From positions 128,001-192,000 of the forward strand of contig CAVPJD010000011.1 of NCBI GenBank assembly GCA_963705165.1: a stretch of 64,000 nucleotides of DNA, written 5' to 3'. Within the stretch, counting starts at the first letter, position 1, and every line of letters starts with the position of its first letter. Under the pieces are notes generated by a model that was not told the DNA's origin, made no database searches, and saw only the letters and a list, made by a program, of their open reading frames with translations. Shown here piece by piece: positions 8,959-17,159 of the stretch. Origin of the DNA: an uncultured delta proteobacterium. GTDB taxonomy: Bacteria > Desulfobacterota > Syntrophia > Syntrophales > UBA2192. Position numbers and translations under genes: made by a program.

Positions 8959-10316
8959 CACTGCTTCAATCCATACTTCTTCATTTTGTACCTCAGCATC
9001 CTCTCGCTGATGCCCAGAATGCCCGCCGCCTTGGTCTGGTGGTTGTCGGCCTCTTCCAGGGCCTTCAGGATCATCTGCTTTTCCAGCTCCTCGATGGAGT
9101 CTTTCAGCCGGCCCTCTCCCGCCGTCTCGACAGTGCCCGCGAAACGGTCCCCGAAGGGCAGATCGGCCACCGTGATGATCGGGTCACGGACAATGACAAC
9201 GGCGCGTTCGAGGATGTTGATGAGCTCACGCACGTTGCCCGGGTAGTCGTATTTGAGAAGCTGGTCGCGGGCCTCCTGGCTGACGCCTTCGATTTCCTTT
9301 CCGTTCTCGGCGGCAAATTTCTTCAGGAAGTGATCGATGAGCGCTGGGATGTCCTCCTTGCGCTCCCTCAGCGGCGGGATGAACATGTCCACGACGTTGA
9401 GCCGGTAGAAAAGGTCTTCGCGAAAAGCTCCTTCCTTGACTCTCGCTTCGAGGTCGCGGTTGGTGGCGGTGATGATCCGGACGTCGGAATGGAGGACCTG
9501 GTTTCCGCCGACCCGCTGGAACTCGCGTTCCTGGAGGAACCTCAGGAGCTTGATCTGAACGGCCGGGGTGAGCTCCCCGATCTCGTCGAGGAAGAGCGTG
9601 CCGCCGTCGGCCTCCTCGAAACGCCCGATGCGCCTCACCGTCGCCCCGGTGAAGGAGCCCTTCTCGTGCCCGAAGAGCTCGCTCTCCAGCAGGGTCTCGG
9701 GAAGGGCGCCGCAGTTGACGGCAATGAGCGACCTTGCAGCCCGGGGGCTCAGGTTGTGGATCAGGCGGGCAAAGAGCTCCTTTCCCGTCCCGCTCTCCCC
9801 CCGCACGAGGACGGTGGCGCGGCTGGCAGCTACGCGGCCGGCCAGGTTGACAAGACCCTCCATCTGGGGGCTGCGGAAGACGATCTGATCGGCGGTGACC
9901 CCTTTCTCCTGCAGGCGCTGTCGCATCATCTCGTTCTCCCGGAGCAGAATGCGACGCTCCGAGATCCGGTTGATGTGCAGCACGAGCTCATCGAGATCGA
10001 TCGGCTTCGTGACGTAGTCGACGGCCCCCGCCTTCATGGCCTCCACGGCCGTCTCGATCGTCCCGTAGGCCGTCATCATGATGACGTCGATCTCCGGGTT
10101 GATCTTCTTCACCTCCTGCAGGACCTGCAGGCCGTTCATGCCCGGCATCTTGTAGTCCATGAGAAGCAGATCGAAATAAGCCGCCCGGATTTCCGCAAGG
10201 GCCTTCTCGCCGCAGTCCGCCTCCGCCGCAGAGTGGCCCTCCTTGCGCAGGAAGTCCCGGAGCATCTCCCGCTGGATCTGCCCGTCTTCAACGATCAATA
10301 TGCTGAGTTTCTTCAT
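8958..10316 (-). CDS. Sigma-54-dependent response regulator (NtrC family, ZraR/AtoC-like)
   Basis: REC domain, GESGTGKE, ESELFGHEKGSFTGA, LFLDEIG, FREDLFYRLNV, YPGNVREL, Fis-type HTH. Confidence 0.96.
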   Translation of the reverse strand: MKKLSILIVEDGQIQREMLRDFLRKEGHSAAEADCGEKALAEIRAAYFDLLLMDYKMPGMNGLQVLQEVKKINPEIDVIMMTAYGTIETAVEAMKAGAVDYVTKPIDLDELVLHINRISERRILLRENEMMRQRLQEKGVTADQIVFRSPQMEGLVNLAGRVAASRATVLVRGESGTGKELFARLIHNLSPRAARSLIAVNCGALPETLLESELFGHEKGSFTGATVRRIGRFEEADGGTLFLDEIGELTPAVQIKLLRFLQEREFQRVGGNQVLHSDVRIITATNRDLEARVKEGAFREDLFYRLNVVDMFIPPLRERKEDIPALIDHFLKKFAAENGKEIEGVSQEARDQLLKYDYPGNVRELINILERAVVIVRDPIITVADLPFGDRFAGTVETAGEGRLKDSIEELEKQMILKALEEADNHQTKAAGILGISERMLRYKMKKYGLKQ

Positions 10317-10340
10317 GCTTTCCTTAATCCCTTCCCCGTC

Positions 10341-12101
10341 TCATCGTGCGGCGCCTTCCCGCTGCACGGGTTTGATCGGTAGGGTGATCTCGAAGGTCGT
10401 TCCCCGGCCGACACCGCTCTGGACACGAATGGTGCCGCCGTGACCGCGGATGATCTCATGGGCGATGGGCAGCCCCAACCCCAGCCCTTTTTCCTTGGTG
10501 GTATAGTCCGGGTCGAAGATCTTCCCGACCTCTTGCGGGGCAAGGCCCGACCCCGTGTCGGAGATGCGGATCACCGCACGCTCCCCTGCCTGTTGTTCAA
10601 CGACAATGTCGATGGACCCGGCGCCCACGATGGATTCCATGGCGTTCTTGATGATATTGATGAGCGCCTGTTGAAGCTTGTCCACGTCCATGGGGATCAT
10701 CAGGGGGTCGGGCTCCGGCTTCACGGAAAGGGCAATGCCACGGACGCTGGCCTCCTCGCCCATGAGCCTTGCGAGCTTCTGGACGACCTCCGTCAACGAG
10801 CACTCCCGGAATGCCAGGCGCCGGCTGCGCGAAAAGGTGAGAAAATCCTCGATGATGGCGTTGAGGCGCCGGATCTCGTCACGGATGACCACCGTGAGGC
10901 GGCCGAATTCCTGGCTCTTGTCCTCCTCACAGGGAAGATATTCCCGCTGCAGGCGCTGGCTCGCCATGCTGATGGCGTTCAGGGGGTTGCGAATCTCATG
11001 GGCCACACCGGCGGCAAGCTGTCCAAGGGAGGAAAGCCGCTCCGATTGTTCGAGACGCTTGCGCATCTCCTCGATGCGCACAAGGTGTCGCTTATGGTTC
11101 TGGAAGACAAACCAGAGGGAGAAGAGCCCCGCGAGAACAATGAATCCCATGGAGAGAAAAAGGAAATGGCGGTTGCGCTCCAGGATCTGGTCCATGCGAT
11201 CCCTCTCGAAACCGACCCGCACGATCCCGGCGGGCCGTCCCTCCAGGGTGAGCGGCGCCATGACCATAAGGTGCTCCCGCTCTCCAAGTCTCACATTCTG
11301 GTTTGTGACGGCGACCGCCCCGGCCAGGAGTTCCTTCTCCAGGGCCGTCATCTCCTGCGATGCGGGCTGCTCTCCCCTGGCGCCGAGGATGGCCCCCCAA
11401 CCGTCGAGAACGGTGACGAAAACGACCCCCGGTGTCTGCCCCGCCTCGTCAACGGCCCGCTGCATTGCGATCCGCATGCCCCACCAGCGCAGGGCATCGT
11501 CATCGAGGGCGATGATGACCGTCCCTTGACCGCCGCTGCGCCGCAGGGCGACGACACCGCCCCGGGCCGTCCTCTCGGATCGGCCGAAGAGGTCGATGAC
11601 GAGATCCTTCTTTTTCCGGATGGCAGGCTCGGCACGCACAAGGACCTGACGGGGAACGGGGCGGCTCTGAAAGAGAATCCGGCCGGCGTCATCGACAATG
11701 GCAAGCAGCCAGAGGCCTTCCTTATCGATCACTCCCTTCGATTCCTCCGGAGTGATGGTCTGGGAGGGCCACTTGCCGTCGATTGCGCGGATCACGCTGA
11801 CCAGGGCTTTGATCAGGGACTCCTGGGTCAGAAAGGTCTCGTCCGTCAGTGGGATAAGGGTCTCGCCGGCCGATTCGCCCCGGAGCATCTGCATGATGCT
11901 GTTGAAGCCGACCTGGGACTCCCGTTCGATCTTCTCGGCAACATCGAGCCCCCTGACCTCCATGAAATTGACAAGTGAGCGGTCGAGCCGGTTCAGGTCC
12001 ATGAGACCCATCACCAGGATCAGGATCACGAAAATCGTGCAGGAAATGATCAGGGTGAGGGGGCGCAGAAGGATCTGGCTGGCTGAAGGGATCTGATTCA
12101 T
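10341..12101 (-). CDS. Membrane sensor histidine kinase (ZraS-like)
   Basis: Two TM helices around a periplasmic domain; LAAGVAHEIRNPLN, NIIKNAMES, DTGSG, GLGLGL. Confidence 0.94.
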   Translation of the reverse strand: MNQIPSASQILLRPLTLIISCTIFVILILVMGLMDLNRLDRSLVNFMEVRGLDVAEKIERESQVGFNSIMQMLRGESAGETLIPLTDETFLTQESLIKALVSVIRAIDGKWPSQTITPEESKGVIDKEGLWLLAIVDDAGRILFQSRPVPRQVLVRAEPAIRKKKDLVIDLFGRSERTARGGVVALRRSGGQGTVIIALDDDALRWWGMRIAMQRAVDEAGQTPGVVFVTVLDGWGAILGARGEQPASQEMTALEKELLAGAVAVTNQNVRLGEREHLMVMAPLTLEGRPAGIVRVGFERDRMDQILERNRHFLFLSMGFIVLAGLFSLWFVFQNHKRHLVRIEEMRKRLEQSERLSSLGQLAAGVAHEIRNPLNAISMASQRLQREYLPCEEDKSQEFGRLTVVIRDEIRRLNAIIEDFLTFSRSRRLAFRECSLTEVVQKLARLMGEEASVRGIALSVKPEPDPLMIPMDVDKLQQALINIIKNAMESIVGAGSIDIVVEQQAGERAVIRISDTGSGLAPQEVGKIFDPDYTTKEKGLGLGLPIAHEIIRGHGGTIRVQSGVGRGTTFEITLPIKPVQREGAAR

Positions 12102-12138
12102 CCGGCTATCCGGTGAAAGGAGGGTTTCGCCCGTCTGT

Positions 12139-12585
12139 TCATCTGATGGGTTTCTTCGTCGCAGGCTGCTGGTCCATCACCACATACCAGCGCTGAAGCT
12201 GCTCGGGGGTCAGGACTTTTCTCATCTCGATCTGGAAGTCGATTTTTTCACGGATCAGCTGAGCGTCGATGGCTTCGATCTCCTTTCCCTTGGCCCGGAT
12301 GGCCTCCTCCGATGCGGAAGGGTCGTGCAGAAGGTTCCGAAACTCTATGCTTTTCCCGATAATTTCGCTACGAAGCTTCAGAGTCCGGTTGGAATAGGCA
12401 GCCCCAATCCGCCTTGTCTCCTTCACCTGGGATTCTGTCAGGTTAAGCTCCTTGATGATCGACACATCCCTGCTCGACAGGGGCGATGAGTCCTGCCGGC
12501 CGTTGCGTCCGACCCCCTGAGCATGACCCTCCGAGACAAGACAGACAAGAAGAAAAAGAAAGAAGACGATTTTAGTCGGCTTCAT
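12139..12585 (-). CDS. Periplasmic Spy/CpxP/ZraP-like protein
   Basis: Signal peptide, ELNLTESQ and VLTPEQ (LTxxQ motifs); AAGGAG RBS before ATG 12585. Confidence 0.85.
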   Translation of the reverse strand: MKPTKIVFFLFLLVCLVSEGHAQGVGRNGRQDSSPLSSRDVSIIKELNLTESQVKETRRIGAAYSNRTLKLRSEIIGKSIEFRNLLHDPSASEEAIRAKGKEIEAIDAQLIREKIDFQIEMRKVLTPEQLQRWYVVMDQQPATKKPIR

Positions 12586-12733
12586 GAAAAACTCCTTATG
12601 AACGCCGGCAGGATTCCCGCGTCCGCCTTCCGCCCCCGTTGCCACCTGCGGACGAAATTTAAATTAGTGAACCCCATCAGGAAAGAAATGTCAAGCGCCC
12701 CTGGCCCTGCCTGCAGAAGATGGGTCGATTCAT

Positions 12734-12751
12734 TTCGACAATATTGTCGAA
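12734..12751. promoter_or_regulatory. Perfect 18-bp palindrome, candidate enhancer (UAS) for the adjacent NtrC-family regulator
   Basis: TTCGACAATATTGTCGAA, about 175 bp upstream of a sigma-54 promoter; related site CCGACAGATCTTGCC near 12821. Confidence 0.6.
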
Positions 12752-12923
12752 GCCGTGCTTCTGGTTGATCCTCATAACTACTTGAAAAATAATTGATATT
12801 TACAACCCTAGGTGCATGTGCCGACAGATCTTGCCTGCCCTGTCCGTCCTTATCGGGCAAAAAAAGAAGGGGGTTTCAAATAAAACAATTCAAAAACAGA
12901 TACTTACATGACTTAATTCCCTG

Positions 12924-12939
12924 TGGCACGCTAACTGCA
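12924..12939 (+). promoter_or_regulatory. Sigma-54 promoter
   Basis: TGGCACGCTAACTGCA, exact GG-N10-GC spacing, AT-rich IHF-like stretch just upstream. Confidence 0.8.
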
Positions 12940-12949
12940 AATTGCAGTG

Positions 12950-13121
12950 TAACCGATTAACTGCAAATGAGGTGCCCAACACAGCGAGGAGGGCCTTCAT
13001 TAAAGCAAAGAAACCGATTAGAAGCGGAACAGTTCTACGAAAAGGTCGCTTAAGGATTCTCCTCCTTCATTAGCGATAAAAACTCCAGACGGGGAGGTCG
13101 AAAGACCTCCCCCCCCCTTTT
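12950..13121 (+). ncRNA. Candidate sigma-54-dependent small RNA (~170 nt)
   Basis: Bounded by the sigma-54 promoter and a strong terminator; no ORF with a good RBS; contains TTCTCCTCCTTC. Confidence 0.5.
13091..13121 (+). terminator. Intrinsic terminator
   Basis: ggggaggtc gaaa gacctcccc followed by ccccc tttt. Confidence 0.75.
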
Positions 13122-13382
13122 CAAAACCTATCCATCCTCAAGAATAAACGTTGACTCCCCCGCAGCAAGCTACGCGGCATCCGTTGCCGTTGCGTGCTTG
13201 ATTGCACATCCCGTCCTTAGATCGATTCCCTCTTTCGAGGGTAAGACCGGGGGTGCGTCGCGCTGGCCTTTCCTTTTGGGCGGGGAGCTTCACAAATCAC
13301 CCCCCCCGTGATGATAAAAAAAGGTGGTCACGACGAGAAAAGGCGTCTATAATCGTCGCAAATTCATGGAAAGGGGAACGGT

Positions 13383-13850
13383 ATGAGCAGCTACCAGGGA
13401 AGCGACATCTTTCAATTCGCCATCCGCATGGAAGAAAACGGCGAAAAATTTTACAACTATGCCGCGTCGATCGCCAAGGACGCCAAGGCTCGCGAGATAT
13501 TCACCCGGCTTGCCTCCGAGGAGATCAAGCACCGCAAACTCTTCGCAGACATGTTCTCCAGGATCGACACGATCATGCCGAAGGAGAGCTACCCCGGCGA
13601 GTACATGGCCTATCTGCAGGGCAGCATAGACGGGAAAGTCTTCTCGACGACAGCGACCAAGGAGATGGCTGAGATCAAGGACGTGATCGCGGCTCTGGAC
13701 TTCGCCATCGGGCGCGAACTCGATTCCGTCCTCTATTATTCGGAAATGAAGAAGTACGTCACGGCCTCCGCCCAGGATCTCCTCGAACAGGTCATCGAGG
13801 AGGAGCGCAAGCACGTCGTGATCCTGACGAACATCAAAAAGACATTCTAG
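13383..13850 (+). CDS. Ferritin-like/rubrerythrin family protein
   Basis: FAIRMEENGEKFY...LASEEIKH; FAIGRELDSVLYY...IEEERKH. Confidence 0.9.
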   Translation: MSSYQGSDIFQFAIRMEENGEKFYNYAASIAKDAKAREIFTRLASEEIKHRKLFADMFSRIDTIMPKESYPGEYMAYLQGSIDGKVFSTTATKEMAEIKDVIAALDFAIGRELDSVLYYSEMKKYVTASAQDLLEQVIEEERKHVVILTNIKKTF

Positions 13851-13970
13851 AGCGCCTCGCCACGGCTCAAGAGACAGCGCAAAAGGGACGATATTTCCAG
13901 AGGGAGCTCTTTCCCGGAATCATCGGGGATTTGTTCCCCGGCAGAGGACCCCGGTCAACGGGGAGACAAA

Positions 13971-15209
13971 ATGAGAAAATTCAGCGGCGTCATTGCTGCA
14001 GCCGTCCGTGAAGGGGTTTCGGATATCCACATTACGGGCGCCCACCCGGTGGTGTTTCGAAAAAACGGGCAAATCCAGCAGGATCACTCCATCAAGTGGA
14101 CCCATGCAGAGGTGGACACGCTCGTCAGGAAACTGCTGACACCCCGGCAAATCCAGATCCTGCGCCGGGAGTGGTCCGTCGATCTCGCCGTTACGATCCA
14201 GCATGTTCGCCTGCGGCTCAACGTTTTTAACACGACCCGGGGACTGAGCCTGGCCATCCGCCTGCTCCCGGGCGTGATCCCCACGATCCAGCGACTCAAT
14301 CTCCATCCCTCGCTTCAGCAGATCGCCGAGCTTCAGTCGGGGCTCGTCCTCGTCTGCGGCGCCACAGGAACCGGCAAATCCACCACGATTGCCGCGATCA
14401 TCGACGAGATCAACCGCAGCCGTTCGGCCCACATCGTAACCCTGGAAGACCCCATCGAGTACCGCTTCACTTCAAAGCAGTCCTTCATGGAACAGCGGGA
14501 GCTGGGCACACACATGCCCTCTTTCGAAAAGGGGCTCCTCGATGTCCTTCGGGAAGACCCCGATGTGATCGTGGTGGGGGAGTTGAGGGAACCGGAAGTC
14601 ATGCGGCTCACCCTCAACGCGGCCGAGTCCGGCCATCTCGTGATCGCATCGCTTCATGCCACGAATGCCGAGGACGCCTTGCACCGGCTGTGCAATTCCT
14701 TCCCCATGGAGGCTCAGGAGGAAATTCGCTACCAGATCGCCTCTACGCTCGCCTGGATCGTGGTCCAGCAACTCATTTTCCACGAGAGATTCGGCTTCAG
14801 GTTGCCTCTGCTTTCCATCCTCAGGGGCAACAACTCCGTCAAGGGAATGATCCGCGAGAACAAGCTTCCCCAGATCGAAAGCGCCATCCAGCTCGGCAAG
14901 AGCGACGGCATGTTCTCGATGGAGAGATACCTCAAGGAATACCTCACGTCGAAGGACTCCTTCTACCCCCCGGCGGAAAACTTCAAACCGGCGGAAGAAG
15001 CATCGCGGGAAGTGATCTATCACTCCCCCCTGCTCGACGGGGACCCGGAGCCGGCGGCACCGAAGCAGAAAAAGCCCTCTGCCGAGGAGAAATCCGTCAT
15101 TTTTCTCCACCCCGAAGACGATGCCGAAAAACACTTCATGATCGACGAGAAGGCAACCGTCGACGAGCTGATCGCGCAGATACGGGATTCCGGCAAGTTC
15201 AAAGAATAA
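13971..15209 (+). CDS. pilT: Type IV pilus retraction ATPase PilT/PilU family, copy 1
   Basis: VSDIHI, GATGTGKSTT, TLEDPIEY, LREDPDVIVVGELR, AAESGHLVIASLH. Confidence 0.92.
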   Translation: MRKFSGVIAAAVREGVSDIHITGAHPVVFRKNGQIQQDHSIKWTHAEVDTLVRKLLTPRQIQILRREWSVDLAVTIQHVRLRLNVFNTTRGLSLAIRLLPGVIPTIQRLNLHPSLQQIAELQSGLVLVCGATGTGKSTTIAAIIDEINRSRSAHIVTLEDPIEYRFTSKQSFMEQRELGTHMPSFEKGLLDVLREDPDVIVVGELREPEVMRLTLNAAESGHLVIASLHATNAEDALHRLCNSFPMEAQEEIRYQIASTLAWIVVQQLIFHERFGFRLPLLSILRGNNSVKGMIRENKLPQIESAIQLGKSDGMFSMERYLKEYLTSKDSFYPPAENFKPAEEASREVIYHSPLLDGDPEPAAPKQKKPSAEEKSVIFLHPEDDAEKHFMIDEKATVDELIAQIRDSGKFKE

Positions 15210-15212
15210 AAA

Positions 15213-15227
15213 CTACAATATTTGATG
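15213..15227. promoter_or_regulatory. Candidate enhancer site resembling the palindrome upstream of pilA
   Basis: CTACA-ATATT-TGATG versus CTACA-TATTA-TGTAG at 31392-31406; about 125 bp upstream of a sigma-54 promoter. Confidence 0.35.
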
Positions 15228-15350
15228 CATTTGTTGCATCCACATGGCGCCCTGCCGCTTTTTTGACCCCCTTTTCGATCTCCTCACCCCCAACAAAATC
15301 CATAACAGCTTGATTTGCTACGACTATTTTTTGCTTTGCCTTCTGGCAAG

Positions 15351-15366
15351 TGGCATGTTTCGTGCT
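15351..15366 (+). promoter_or_regulatory. Sigma-54 promoter for pilT copy 2
   Basis: TGGCATGTTTCGTGCT, GG-N10-GC. Confidence 0.65.
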
Positions 15367-15474
15367 AAATATTTCTCCGCCGGAACCATGCGCTCTTGAT
15401 CCTTGCGCCGGATGCACACCTTCCAGCGGATTCTGCGCCGCTGACGCCAACCGGATCCGGAGGGATGAAAATAG

Positions 15475-16899
15475 ATGAATAAGTTCAGCAAGGTCATTGT
15501 GATAGCCGTCCAGGAAGGCTGTTCCGATGTGCACATCACCGGGGGGCATCCGGTTGTCTACCGCAAGAACGGCCAGATCCAGTTCGACAATTCCGGCCGA
15601 TGGACACACGGCGAGATTGACGGACTCGTGAAGAAGATCCTCACGGCCAGGCAGCTGCAGATGTTGCGCAATCGCTGGTCCGTCGACATGGCCATGACCA
15701 TCCGCCACATCCGGATCCGGGTCAATGTATTCAACACGACGCGCGGCCTCAGCATCGCCGTCCGTCTGCTTCCCGGCACCGTGCCGACCACCGAGAAACT
15801 CAACCTTCACTCCTCGCTGAAACAGGTGGCCGAGCTGCGTTCCGGGCTCGTGCTCATCTGCGGCGCCACCGGGTCCGGCAAGTCGACGACGATCGCGGCC
15901 CTCGTCGACGAGATCAACCGCAACCGGGCTGCCCACATCGTGACACTCGAAGATCCCGTCGAGTACCGCTATGTCTCCCGCAAATCCTTCATCGAACAGC
16001 GCGAACTGGGCGCACACATGCCGTCTTTCGAGCAGGGGTTGGTCGACGTGCTGCGCGAGGATCCCGATGTGATCGTCGTAGGAGAGCTGAGGGAACCGGA
16101 GGTCATGCGGCTCACCCTCAACGCCGCCGAATCGGGGCACCTGGTAATCGCAACCCTTCACGCCACCCACGCGGAAGACGCCCTGTACCGGCTGTGCAAT
16201 TCCTTTCCCGTGGAGGCACAGGAGGAAATCCGTCACCAGGTCGCATCGACGCTGCAGTGGCTCGTTGTCCAGCAGCTCGTCCTCAAGGAAGATGCCGGGT
16301 TCCGCGTTCCCGTCCTGTCCATCCTGAAGGGCAGCCAATCGGTCAAGGGAATCCTGCGGGAAAACAAGTTGCCCCAGATCGAGAGCGCCATCCAGATGGG
16401 CAAGAACGACGGCATGTTCACGGCCGAGCGCTACATCCGGGACTACCTGAGCAAGGTCAGCTCCTTCGTATCCCCCCAGGAGATCTTCAAGCCCTCTGCG
16501 GAATTGTCCGAGGAAGAGGTCTACCACTCGCCGCTGGTCGACGGGGAGCCCGCCGGGCCGCGCCCTGTCCAATCCCGTAAGCCGGGACCGGCCAGAGGAA
16601 GCTCCGCCTATGGATCCCAGGCAAACCTGGATTTCAGCACCGGAATGGGTTACGGCCTCCAGGACACCCGCAACGGAGTCAGCACGGAGGCTGCCCGCAG
16701 GCAGATTCAGGCAGCCGAGCCGGGCAAAGGCAACGGCGAGAAAGCCGCCCCGGATGCCAGGGAGGGTGCTTTCGATCACCTCTACAGCCAGTCCATCGAT
16801 GATGCCGAGAGGGGAGGCTCCCCGCTGATCATCGACGAGACGGCCTCCATCGACGAGCTGATTGCTCAGATCAGCAATTTCGGACGACCCAAAGCCTGA
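15475..16899 (+). CDS. pilT: Type IV pilus retraction ATPase PilT/PilU family, copy 2 with longer C-terminal tail
   Basis: CSDVHI, GATGSGKSTT, TLEDPVEY, LREDPDVIVVGELR, GHLVIATLH; collinear with copy 1. Confidence 0.92.
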   Translation: MNKFSKVIVIAVQEGCSDVHITGGHPVVYRKNGQIQFDNSGRWTHGEIDGLVKKILTARQLQMLRNRWSVDMAMTIRHIRIRVNVFNTTRGLSIAVRLLPGTVPTTEKLNLHSSLKQVAELRSGLVLICGATGSGKSTTIAALVDEINRNRAAHIVTLEDPVEYRYVSRKSFIEQRELGAHMPSFEQGLVDVLREDPDVIVVGELREPEVMRLTLNAAESGHLVIATLHATHAEDALYRLCNSFPVEAQEEIRHQVASTLQWLVVQQLVLKEDAGFRVPVLSILKGSQSVKGILRENKLPQIESAIQMGKNDGMFTAERYIRDYLSKVSSFVSPQEIFKPSAELSEEEVYHSPLVDGEPAGPRPVQSRKPGPARGSSAYGSQANLDFSTGMGYGLQDTRNGVSTEAARRQIQAAEPGKGNGEKAAPDAREGAFDHLYSQSIDDAERGGSPLIIDETASIDELIAQISNFGRPKA

Positions 16900-16902
16900 A
16901 AA

Positions 16903-17108
16903 CTGGTCTATCTCGTCTATTTGGTCTATTTCGTCTATTCCGTCAGGCTGCTTCGCAGCCGGAATGGGGCATCCGAATTCCGGAATTCCGTTTCCTCTTC
17001 ACACGCTACACGCGACACGCTTCTTCCAACCCTCTACCCGTGACCCGCACCCCTCGCCCCTGGTCCCTTCGTCCTCTTCACTAAGACACTCATGCACTCA
17101 GACACTAA
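16903..17108. repeat. Cluster of different short tandem arrays (9-mer GTCTATTTC-like, 7-mer CACGCTA-like, 9-mer CACTCANGA-like)
   Basis: tggtctatctcgtctatttggtctatttcgtctatt; cacacgctacacgcgacacgc; cactaagacactcatgcactcagacactaa. Confidence 0.65.
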
Positions 17109-17110
17109 AG

Positions 17111-17138
17111 CGAAAACCCGGCCGGGGCCGGGTTTTCG
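17111..17138. terminator. Bidirectional terminator hairpin
   Basis: cgaaaacccggc cggg gccgggttttcg, between convergent pilT2 and the giant pilin gene. Confidence 0.75.
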
Positions 17139-17159
17139 ATCGAACCTGTCGTTGAGAGG

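Noticed and set aside
13040..13070. AAGGAGGAG on the minus strand as an RBS for a small gene
   Set aside because: No start codon at suitable spacing downstream on that strand
12998..13073. ATT-initiated peptide after GAGGAGG containing KKPIR, like the CpxP-like C-terminus
   Set aside because: Rare start codon and a five-residue match that is likely chance
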